Notes: generated by a model not told the origin, from the sequence alone. A stretch of 64,000 nucleotides of DNA from Candidatus Latescibacterota bacterium (GCA_965204725.1 OZ242005.1:1728001-1792000), one strand, 5' to 3'; shown: positions 34,190 through 42,073, counted from the stretch's first letter. Translations and numbers: made by a program.

Positions 34190-35172
34190 CACACCGATTC
34201 CGGTACGCCCTCCAAGCGCACCCCATCCACTTCAGGAAGCAGATGGTTCATTTTCAATCCGAGGGTGATCCAGCCCTCAAGCACGGATTGCAATTCTTCG
34301 CGGCACTGTTCCAAGGTCTCCGCATTTGCATACACGCCTTGAAATCCGACAATTTCTCCATAAAACGTTTGATCGTCGAGTACCTCGAATGTCGTGCGTC
34401 TCATCGCCAACTGGATATATCGGGCCATTCTGAGAAAATCTGCCATCTCCTGATAGTCGCCCGCTTCGGCCCATGTCAAGGCCGTCTCACCGGAGTTATT
34501 TCGGTCGTTGACCTTCGCACCACGGTCCACCAAAAACTTCACCACCGCTAAACGATCGCTAACGGCGGCCTTCATCAAGGCCGTCCAGCCGCGGTTATCC
34601 TTGGCGTGGATATCGCCCCCCTTGGAAATCAAAAACTCCACGACCGCTAAATGGCCACCCCAAGCGGCCCGCATCAAGGCCGTCTCGCCATCTTTATTAC
34701 CGATGTTAATATCGGCCCCCTTACAAACCAAAAAGCGCACTACCGCTAAACGGTCCTCCATAGCAGCCTTCATCAAGGCCGTCCAGCCGACGTTGTTTTG
34801 GGCATTGACATCAACATCAGCCCCGCTAGCCACCAAAAACTTCACTACCGCTAAATGGCCGCCTTGAGCAGCCCACATCAAGGCCGTCCAACCATTCGCA
34901 TCGCGGATGTGAATATCCGCCCCCTCGGCCACTAAAAAGCGCACCATCGCCAAGTAGCCATCTTGGGCCGCCCACATCAAGCTGGTCGTCTGTCGCGCCC
35001 CTTGCCCAATATAGGACTTGAGCAATGCCTGCACCGACATGTCTCGGTTGGCGGCGACCTGCTTGAGAGAATGGAGTACATCCTTGGGTATCTCTATGGA
35101 TACCGTTTCCGTCGCACGAGGACGGAACGCAAGCGCAAATTCTTCTTTCTGTTTGGTTTCAGGCGTCTTCAT
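34189..35172 (-). CDS. Chimeric protein: BrnA/RHH-like antitoxin (aa 1-60) + 6 ankyrin repeats + HicB domain (aa 252-327)
   Basis: RPRATETVSIEIP..RDMSVQALLKSYIGQG; TALMxAA..G/DxLAVVxFLVxxGADI repeats; YIQLAMRR..FYGEI.GFQGVYANAETLEQCREELQSVLEGW. Confidence 0.85.
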   Translation of the reverse strand: MKTPETKQKEEFALAFRPRATETVSIEIPKDVLHSLKQVAANRDMSVQALLKSYIGQGARQTTSLMWAAQDGYLAMVRFLVAEGADIHIRDANGWTALMWAAQGGHLAVVKFLVASGADVDVNAQNNVGWTALMKAAMEDRLAVVRFLVCKGADINIGNKDGETALMRAAWGGHLAVVEFLISKGGDIHAKDNRGWTALMKAAVSDRLAVVKFLVDRGAKVNDRNNSGETALTWAEAGDYQEMADFLRMARYIQLAMRRTTFEVLDDQTFYGEIVGFQGVYANAETLEQCREELQSVLEGWITLGLKMNHLLPEVDGVRLEGVPESV

Positions 35173-35452
35173 ATAACTTCCTTTCAGGAGGCGTTGCGCG
35201 ACGCGCAGATATGATGCGCGTCCATTGGTCTCGCTCTACGTAAACGACCAGCAAAATGCGTTGCTGAAACGAGTACCCAAGAATGAAATTCCGTTGTTCG
35301 GCACCCGTGGATGCGTCACCTATTTGATAAAAACGATCGAAGAAGACTTCGGCGGCTTCTTCAAAATGGACGTGATGCTTCTGCACATTGCTTTGGGCTT
35401 TGTTCTCATCCCACTGAAACCTGATGTCTTGAAGTTGGTATTCGATGTCCAC
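35159..35452 (-). CDS. BrnT family toxin
   Basis: FQWDENKAQSNVQKHHVHFEEAAEVFFD, RIISARRATPPERKLYE. Confidence 0.92.
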   Translation of the reverse strand: MDIEYQLQDIRFQWDENKAQSNVQKHHVHFEEAAEVFFDRFYQIGDASTGAEQRNFILGYSFQQRILLVVYVERDQWTRIISARRATPPERKLYEDA

Positions 35453-35475
35453 AAGACGAAGGATCGCCTCCCCTA

Positions 35476-35718
35476 CTACTCTCCGCCCTCGTAAAGCCCT
35501 TTGCGGCTAACCGCGTACTCGGACAATGGGGGGCAATCGGGACCAACACAATCCATAAAATCGTCTGCCAACTGATCGGCTAGGGCCTCAAATTTATCAT
35601 CCGATAGCGGCTCTACCTTAACCTGCTCCCATGGGACGAATTCGATCAGCACGGATTGCTTCTCACCATTAGAATCCACGACAAACTGGGATTTTTGAAT
35701 CCGGTCAGCAACGCCCAT
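35476..35718 (-). CDS. Small antitoxin-like protein, probably chimeric
   Basis: QFVVDSNGEKQSVLI..PWEQVK N-part and FEALADQLADD..LSEYAVSRKGLYE C-part each resemble TA antitoxin fragments. Confidence 0.55.
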   Translation of the reverse strand: MGVADRIQKSQFVVDSNGEKQSVLIEFVPWEQVKVEPLSDDKFEALADQLADDFMDCVGPDCPPLSEYAVSRKGLYEGGE

Positions 35719-35749
35719 TTCGTTCTTCTTTTTTGGTCCCAAACGGCCC

Positions 35750-35848
35750 TCACGCAATGTCGCGCACCAGCACCAAGATCGCCGCCTGCGGCACGACGAT
35801 AAACTTCTCGTCGTCGAACTTGATTTCTACCGCGTCTTTGCACAGGAA
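35750..35848 (-). repeat. 99-bp duplicate of the groES-like gene 3' end
   Basis: Matches 37792-37890 with 6 substitutions; includes the stop codon. Confidence 0.95.
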
Positions 35849-35855
35849 TTTTGAC

Positions 35856-36332
35856 CTACCCTTTATCTGTTCCATCTTCTTGTTTCAACTCTAATTCATC
35901 GAGAACGAGCACGTCCACATCCGCTACACGTTTGAGTGCTTTATCGTTGGTTAAGAAAACCTGACAGTTCGCTGTCTTAGCAACGGCAACTTGTAATGCG
36001 TCAGGTGTGCGTAACCCATGTTGTGCCCGGAGAATAGCCGCTTGCTCGGCTACTTTTGCGTCAACAGGCAACGTATAGAAGTTGGCACTGTGAAGCAACA
36101 AATCGCGATATTCTTTTTGCAAATGAATCTCTCCTTGTTCCAGAGGCTGAGTTAAAACTTCCGTCAAGGTAATGACTGAAGTAAATCCTGTAATGATTCC
36201 TTGATGAATTCTGTGAAAAATCTCGGTAACTAATCTATGGTACGCGGGATTCATTTCGATTAGATAGATGATGGGCGCCGTATCGAATCCTACCCTTGTC
36301 ACATCCGCCAATGCGTCATCCAGTGCGATCAT
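35856..36332 (-). CDS. PIN-domain (VapC-like) toxin
   Basis: FDTAPIIYLIE, TSVITLTEVL, LRTPDALQVAVA, FLTND. Confidence 0.92.
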   Translation of the reverse strand: MIALDDALADVTRVGFDTAPIIYLIEMNPAYHRLVTEIFHRIHQGIITGFTSVITLTEVLTQPLEQGEIHLQKEYRDLLLHSANFYTLPVDAKVAEQAAILRAQHGLRTPDALQVAVAKTANCQVFLTNDKALKRVADVDVLVLDELELKQEDGTDKG

Positions 36333-37464
36333 GGTTGGTATCCCATTCTTCACGAAGACGATCAACGTACGTTTGAGCATCTACCCCTTGCCAAATCTCT
36401 CTACCTAATCCACGCAACTCCAGAATACTCCGTTTTTTAGGCTCCTGTTGGGCGATGAGAGCCAATTTTAACCGGCGCAGATGCTCTGGCGAAGGATCCC
36501 ACCAAATAGGATTTGCCAACGATCCTTCTTGGCCTCGTAGCCTATCGTTGCACCGCTTCGTTTCCTTTGAATCTGCACGCGATTGCACATCTCCAACCTT
36601 TGCTAGGCGATGCAGGGGGACCGGCGTGTCATGGGTCAATTCTTCATAGAGACGGTTGCGTAACCATGCGACGTTCCGAGGTATGAGGTTATGGCCAAAC
36701 AGTTGGTTGGCAACATTCCCAATGCATCCATAGGTAGCCAGATGGCCAAATGGAATTTGCGTAATGATCAGGGCTACATGCCATCGCCACTCTCCCTTAG
36801 AGTTTCGCAACTGTGCTTCAATACCTTGCAAATCTTCTTCAATACCCTGCAAATCTTCTTTCGTAGTTTTTTTTATTGTATCGCAGTACTGGGCAAGCCT
36901 TTCGGCTACTTCATTCCCGAATTTTTCCAGCCGGGAGTCTAGGGATTCTCGCGTCTGTAGCAGCGACTCCTCCAACGCCTTGATACGTCGCTGTAGATGA
37001 GGATGAGGAACCATGGCGTATAGTTGCTTAGCCACTTCTAGGTCCAGCTCAATCCGACCTATCGAGTTGTAGAGGTAAGGGAGCTTGTTCCTGTACTCTT
37101 CCACCTTCCCCCCCACCAACTCATTGATCGCATCCCAGTCGAAGATGATAGGCGGCCGCTCCTCAGCAGGGATTAGCTCAAACCCCCTCCTCCACTCCTC
37201 GGCCTTCTTCAGCAGAGCAGGCAGACGTTCCGGCCAGTCGTGGAGCATGTTCGGCGAGAAGTCGGCTCCGGTAGGCCAAGTTGGGACCCCATCGTCCAGA
37301 TAAACTTGGTTGAACAGTTTGAGGTCCTTTAGGGGACTATATATCCGGCCTGATAAGATAGGACGAAGATCGGCCTCTTGGCATGTACCGTCCTCAAAGG
37401 AGGCCCGTAGCTTGTAGGGACCTATCACTTCCAGACGGATCACTTTATGAAGTTTATAATCCAC
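36316..37464 (-). CDS. Chimeric protein: DUF2442 (aa 1-91) + coiled coil + alkyltransferase-like DNA-binding domain + VapB-like tail
   Basis: YKLRASFEDG..PLKD..FNQVYLD..TWPTGADFSP; QIPFGHLATYG..PRNV..PLHRL; RSILELRGLGREIWQGVDAQTYVDRLREEWD. Confidence 0.8.
   Translation of the reverse strand: MDYKLHKVIRLEVIGPYKLRASFEDGTCQEADLRPILSGRIYSPLKDLKLFNQVYLDDGVPTWPTGADFSPNMLHDWPERLPALLKKAEEWRRGFELIPAEERPPIIFDWDAINELVGGKVEEYRNKLPYLYNSIGRIELDLEVAKQLYAMVPHPHLQRRIKALEESLLQTRESLDSRLEKFGNEVAERLAQYCDTIKKTTKEDLQGIEEDLQGIEAQLRNSKGEWRWHVALIITQIPFGHLATYGCIGNVANQLFGHNLIPRNVAWLRNRLYEELTHDTPVPLHRLAKVGDVQSRADSKETKRCNDRLRGQEGSLANPIWWDPSPEHLRRLKLALIAQQEPKKRSILELRGLGREIWQGVDAQTYVDRLREEWDTNHDRTG
36816..36860. repeat. 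In-frame 21-bp tandem duplication (EDLQGIE x2)
   Basis: CTTCAATACC(T/C)TGCAAATCTT twice. Confidence 0.9.
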
Positions 37465-37469
37465 TTGTT

Positions 37470-37752
37470 TTATCTCTCTGGCGGCTCAATAGGATCGGGG
37501 ACGACGCCTTGCTGCAACTGTTCCCAAGCAGCTTCCAGATCTTCTACATGATCTTCAGCCCAGTTCATCACTTGTCGATGCTTATTCCTTGGCAGTGAAC
37601 CCCCTATTACCTCTATATTGCCTGAATCAACGGCATAAACAGCCTCATCCCCCGAATAACTCGCATGAAAGTGCGGTCGATGGTGAGGGCTACCTACTTC
37701 CGAGAACATTCGGTCAGATAGTGATTCCATAAAACTCCGCAAGTTTCGGCAT
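37470..37752 (-). CDS. DUF4160 family protein; canonical start (37752) interrupted by a 4-nt insertion, in-frame alternative start at 37730
   Basis: MPKLAEFYGITI|RMFSEVGSPHHRPHFHASY..GSLP..VMNWAEDH...PIEP. Confidence 0.8.
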
Positions 37753-37791
37753 AAAACTCCGTTAAACAGAGTCGATTCAAGGCTTGCTTCG

Positions 37792-38154
37792 TCAAGCAAT
37801 ATCGCGCACCAGCACCAAGATTGCCGCCTGCGGCACGACGATAAACTTCTCGTCGTCGAACTTGATTTCCACCGCGTCCTTGCGCAGGAAAATGGCGTGA
37901 TCGCCCTTTTTGGCTTGGAGGCCGATGTAGCGCATCTGCTCGCTCCCCTCCTCCCAAGGTACGCCGTCGTCATCGGCCTTCGGCGGCAAGGGAACGCCCG
38001 GCCCCACCTCTTCGACGCGCCCGCTTTGCACGTTCTCCTTTTCCAAAGCGGTCGGCGGCAAATAAAGCCCCACGGCCGTGCGCTCTTCCATGTCGTCAAC
38101 CCGGATGAGTACGCGGTCGCCGACTACGTATAGTTCTTTGTCGCCCCGGATCAT
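37792..38154 (-). CDS. GroES-family co-chaperonin (no adjacent groEL)
   Basis: VVGDRVLI, ERTAVGLYLP, SGRVEEVGPG. Confidence 0.85.
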   Translation of the reverse strand: MIRGDKELYVVGDRVLIRVDDMEERTAVGLYLPPTALEKENVQSGRVEEVGPGVPLPPKADDDGVPWEEGSEQMRYIGLQAKKGDHAIFLRKDAVEIKFDDEKFIVVPQAAILVLVRDIA

Positions 38155-38155
38155 T

Positions 38156-38413
38156 TCACCTCGTTAGTAGCGGCAAAAGCTGATTGACTAGCACGGCAAC
38201 CACGACCGCGGCGGCGATCTTCCAGCCGAGCTTGTTCAGGTCATCGCGCACTTTGTTTAGCTCACCGCGTACTTTGTTTAGCTCGCTGTGCATTTCTCTG
38301 CGCAGGTCTCCTAACTGATCTTCTACGCGGCCCAACCGTTCGTTCATCTGCCGCATTTCGCCGCGCAATTCGCCTAAATGCTCGGCGCGTTCTTCTGTCT
38401 CGCTCAAGGCCAT
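38156..38413 (-). CDS. Small coiled-coil protein with C-terminal TM
   Basis: Heptads, ELNKVR repeats, hydrophobic C-terminus; GAAAGGAG RBS. Confidence 0.75.
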   Translation of the reverse strand: MALSETEERAEHLGELRGEMRQMNERLGRVEDQLGDLRREMHSELNKVRGELNKVRDDLNKLGWKIAAAVVVAVLVNQLLPLLTR

Positions 38414-38449
38414 GCTCCACGCTCCTTTCTTGGGTAATCCGTTGAGTTC

Positions 38450-39664
38450 CTAGGACGCCAGTCGCAAACACTCGCCGTAGCGCTCAAAGCGCTCCCCTTC
38501 CTCCTCGGCTGGATCGACGTACTTGAGCCAAAGGGCGCTGTCCTTCTTGGCACCGCTGAGGTCGCGGCGGCTGCCCAAGTGGCTGGGATCCGCGCCGTTC
38601 CACACCACTTGGCCGTCCTGCATGTAGATGAACTCCCCTCGATAGCGGTCGATTAGCGGCTGCTGTTGGTCTTGGTAGATCAGCCCCTGTTCGCAGGTGG
38701 TGCGCCGCCAGTTGGCCACGGTGGCGTCTGAGTCCGTAGATACCGAGTCAAATTCGGCCAGCGGCGCCTCGACCTCGCTCGCAAAGTCAATCTCGGCCAA
38801 ATCCACCGTGCCAAAGCCGCGCTCGGCCGCGATCAGCAGGTGATTGCGGTCGCGGCGGAAAGGCGGGGTCGGCCAATCGGATTGGGGATCGTGGCCCATC
38901 AAGGTCATGCCGCAGGCGTCGGTCGCCACCGGGTGATCGCCGGCCATCAAGGCATTGCAAATCCGGCCCTCGCCGCCCCATTCGCGGCCCCATTGGCCGG
39001 TGAGGGCCTCGACGATGTTGAGGCAGGGCTTGGTAATCAGGCCCAAGTCCGGCAGGACGTAGGAAAGCCGGATTAGGTGGTGATAGTACGAGCGCGTCCG
39101 CCCTTCCGGCGGGATCATCGGCGGCAGGCCAAAGAGGTTTTTCAGGGTCAAGGTAATGCCCATGAAGGCGTGGTTCTTCATCTTGGCGATGGATACCATC
39201 TCATCGGCCTCGGCAAAGACCGAGTTGAGCACGTATTGGTCGAACATGCAGCCGCCGTCCGGCACGGCAAAGGTAGTAAAGGGCGGCAAATTGCCATCGA
39301 CAAAGCGGACGCCAAACTCGTCCAACAAGTAGCGGTAGTTAAAATCGTCTGGGGTCACGTGGCCGTTGCCGTAGGGATAGGTATCTACGGCCACGAGCTC
39401 GGCCGTCGTCCGCTCCCGCAACAGGCGCAACACCGCCCGAGCCATGGCGTCATCGACCAATTCTCGGCGGCGACCGGCGAAATACTCAACGCGCTCCGGC
39501 GGCTTAATCATGTTGAATTTCAGGGCGATCCGCCGCGCTTTGGCCAACTTCTCCCACGAGCGGTCCAGCGGTTCGGTCGTGCGCTTGAGCACTTGGTATA
39601 TCTCCTCGTCGCTGGCTTGATGATCGCAATGCGACGCTCGGACCTTGTACTGTTTGTCGTTCAT
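38450..39664 (-). CDS. DUF362 domain protein
   Basis: IALKFN, SIAKMKNH..GITLTLKNLFG, DHPVATD. Confidence 0.8.
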   Translation of the reverse strand: MNDKQYKVRASHCDHQASDEEIYQVLKRTTEPLDRSWEKLAKARRIALKFNMIKPPERVEYFAGRRRELVDDAMARAVLRLLRERTTAELVAVDTYPYGNGHVTPDDFNYRYLLDEFGVRFVDGNLPPFTTFAVPDGGCMFDQYVLNSVFAEADEMVSIAKMKNHAFMGITLTLKNLFGLPPMIPPEGRTRSYYHHLIRLSYVLPDLGLITKPCLNIVEALTGQWGREWGGEGRICNALMAGDHPVATDACGMTLMGHDPQSDWPTPPFRRDRNHLLIAAERGFGTVDLAEIDFASEVEAPLAEFDSVSTDSDATVANWRRTTCEQGLIYQDQQQPLIDRYRGEFIYMQDGQVVWNGADPSHLGSRRDLSGAKKDSALWLKYVDPAEEEGERFERYGECLRLAS

Positions 39665-39786
39665 GGGGCTCTCCTTTTGGGCCTTTTCACTGTGTGGGCT
39701 AGGTGATATATTGAAAAAACATATCGTGCGACTCTTCTATGTCAAGCCGGCCGTTTTTCCCTCTCATCCACAGCAAAGGACATCCC

Positions 39787-40614
39787 ATGAGACCGCTGGT
39801 CCTGTTCCACGGAGGCTGTAATGACGGCTTCTGTGCTGCGTGGATCTACCGCCGCTACGTCAACCCGCACACCGAGTTTAAGGCCGTTCAATACAACACC
39901 GATCCGCCGGCTACGGCGGGCCGCGACGTCGTCATCCTCGACTTCAGCTACGACCGCACCCAGCTCATGGCCATGCACAATCGCGCCCGCTCGCTCTTGG
40001 TCTTAGACCATCACGAGACCGCCGCCGAGGCCCTAGCGGGGCTCGACTATTGCGTGTTTGCCGAGGGCAAGTCTGGGGCGCGCATGACTTGGGAGTACTT
40101 TTTCGATCCCCGCTCGCAGGTCCGCATCGACGACGTCCCTTGGCTGGTGTCCTATACCGAAGACCGCGACCTATGGCGGTGGGCCTTGCCCGATTCCAAG
40201 GCCATCAACGCGGCCCTCGCCTCGTACCCGCGCAACTTTGCCGTGTGGGACGAAATCGCCGAGCGCGGCCCGCAAGCCCTCGTCGTGGAAGGCCAAGCCA
40301 TTCTCCGCTTCCAACACCGGCTCATCCGGCCGCGCGTCCGCCATCACGGTTGGACCACCATTAGCGGGTTCCGCGTCCCCATTACCAACGCCACGTTTCT
40401 GACCTCTGAAATCGGCAATGCCCTCGCCGAAGGGCATCCTTTTTCCGCCGTGTTCTTCGTCCGCCCCGACAGCAGGGTCGTGTACAACCTGCGCTCCAAG
40501 GGGGATGCGGCCGCCGATGTGGGCCGCATCGCGCGCACGTACGGCGGGGGCGGGCACAAGCACGCGGCCGCTTTTACCCTAGAGACCATGTTGCCGATGG
40601 AAGCGGGGACCTAA
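39787..40614 (+). CDS. DHH/DHHA1 phosphoesterase (NrnB-like)
   Basis: HGGCNDG, LDFS, LDHH, EDRDLW, GGGGHKHAA. Confidence 0.88.
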   Translation: MRPLVLFHGGCNDGFCAAWIYRRYVNPHTEFKAVQYNTDPPATAGRDVVILDFSYDRTQLMAMHNRARSLLVLDHHETAAEALAGLDYCVFAEGKSGARMTWEYFFDPRSQVRIDDVPWLVSYTEDRDLWRWALPDSKAINAALASYPRNFAVWDEIAERGPQALVVEGQAILRFQHRLIRPRVRHHGWTTISGFRVPITNATFLTSEIGNALAEGHPFSAVFFVRPDSRVVYNLRSKGDAAADVGRIARTYGGGGHKHAAAFTLETMLPMEAGT

Positions 40615-41415
40615 ATGACCCCCGAACAGCGCTATCTATTCGACATCAACGGCTATTTGCACCTTCCCAACGTGCTCAGCGACCGCGAACTAGCGGCCGG
40701 ACGAGCCGCCATAGATCGCTATATAGCCACGCCCGACGACGAGCTGCCCGAGGGGTTTTCCCGCTCCGACGACGGCAAGTCCTACGCCAACGGCTTTGCT
40801 TTTGACAAGGCGCTCGAATCCTTGCTCTTCCACCCCACCCTGTGGCCCATCGTCAAAGAGTTCACGCACGATCGGCCCGCGTTCTCCCGCGGCACCTTGT
40901 TGGTAGATAGTCACCGGCACGAGCCGCTGCGCCTACACTGTGCGCGCGAGGACTTTGGCTGGCCCAGCACGCGCTACGACACCCGCGAGGGCCGCATCTT
41001 CTGCGACGACTTCGTCATTTTCCCCTATTTTGACGATGTCTTCCCGGGCGACGGCGGCTTGCTGGTGGTCCCCGGCTCGCACAAGGCGGCGTTTGCGCGA
41101 CCGCCGAGCCTGTTCAACCGCGGAGTCACCGCCGAGCTAAAGGACTTGCCGGTTGGAGTCGTCAATGTGACGCCGCGAGCCGGAGATGCGGTGGTCATGA
41201 CGGAAATGCTGGCCCACGGGACCTTGCAATGGCAGCCCACAGATCGCCGGCGTCGCACCTTGGTATTGCGCTACCGGCCCCAATTCAAGGGCCAAGCCGT
41301 GGTGCCGGAAGCCCTCTACGACCGCTTGTCGCCGCAAACGCTAGAGCTGATGGCCCCGGCTCACTACACCCATGTCAAGGAGATCGTCAAGGAGGACGTG
41401 GTGCGGCTCACCTAA
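40615..41415 (+). CDS. Phytanoyl-CoA dioxygenase (PhyH) family protein
   Basis: FDINGYL, GDGGLLVVPGSHK, AGDAV..E.LAHGT. Confidence 0.85.
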   Translation: MTPEQRYLFDINGYLHLPNVLSDRELAAGRAAIDRYIATPDDELPEGFSRSDDGKSYANGFAFDKALESLLFHPTLWPIVKEFTHDRPAFSRGTLLVDSHRHEPLRLHCAREDFGWPSTRYDTREGRIFCDDFVIFPYFDDVFPGDGGLLVVPGSHKAAFARPPSLFNRGVTAELKDLPVGVVNVTPRAGDAVVMTEMLAHGTLQWQPTDRRRRTLVLRYRPQFKGQAVVPEALYDRLSPQTLELMAPAHYTHVKEIVKEDVVRLT

Positions 41416-41432
41416 ACCAAGTCAAACTCAAG

Positions 41433-41472
41433 CAAAACAGGCACCTGCGATGGCTCACAAGTGCCTGTTTTT
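41433..41472. terminator. Bidirectional terminator between phyH-like gene and tRNA-Lys
   Basis: AAAACAGGCAC...GTGCCTGTTTTT. Confidence 0.75.
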
Positions 41473-41547
41473 GGTGAGCCCACTGGGAATCGAACCCAGG
41501 ACCTACGGATTAAAAGTCCGGTGCTCTACCAGCTGAGCTATAGGCTC
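41472..41547 (-). tRNA. tRNA-Lys(TTT)
   Basis: GAGCCTA/TGGGCTC acceptor, CTTTTAA anticodon loop, GGTTCGATTCC, CCA; 76 nt. Confidence 0.96.
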
Positions 41548-41690
41548 TATCGGGATTGTATCTACTTCAAAATAGGCGGTTTGCACCCCTATCGCAAGGT
41601 TCCCTCCCCCCGTGCGGGGCCTAGTAGGCCAAAGCGATGATCTGGATCGTTTCCTGCGTCTGCGCGTACCCACGGAGGATTTCTTTACAG

Positions 41691-42073
41691 ACAAAAAAGC
41701 CCCGGCCTGCCGGTGGAGACAAGCCGGGGCGACGCGGGGCTGTAATTGTAATCGGTATTTATCGGTGTTTAAGGTATGGCGTATTTGAAAACAATTTGAA
41801 TCAAGACCAGCACGACAGGCACTCCGATGCTCATCGCCTTGATTGCCATCCGCATTTCGCCCCTGAGTTCGGCTATGTCCTCCTTGAGTGCGCCAACGTC
41901 CTCTTTTGTCGCCAAACCCTTGAGTTCCCCCTTGAGTTCGGCCACATTCTCCTTGGTCGCCAGATACTTATGAGTGCCTTCTAAGTTGGCGACCCTTTCC
42001 GCTACTTCTGCCATTGCGTTGCTCCTGTCTAGTGGGTATGTGCAATATAGCTCTATTTAACGCCGTGTCCAGC
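41691..42073. repeat. Direct repeat copy 1 (promoter + mini-gene + terminator)
   Basis: Aligns along its length with 42876-43226 apart from substitutions and indels. Confidence 0.92.
41769..42014 (-). CDS. Coiled-coil, C-terminally anchored mini-protein (LATKE repeats; DUF1640/CCDC90-like)
   Basis: LATKENVAELKGELKGLATKEDV; TM C-terminus; AGGAG RBS. Confidence 0.78.
   Translation of the reverse strand: MAEVAERVANLEGTHKYLATKENVAELKGELKGLATKEDVGALKEDIAELRGEMRMAIKAMSIGVPVVLVLIQIVFKYAIP

Noticed and set aside
33778-37890. Integron cassette array explaining the TA cluster
   Set aside because: No intI. One GTTTAAC near 37761 but no paired RYYYAAC...GTTRRRY attC hairpins between genes, most of which overlap.
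37470-38099. 209-aa ORF from the track as a single gene
   Set aside because: Its 5' part is an alternate frame of the groES-like gene; only 37470-37752 is DUF4160-like.
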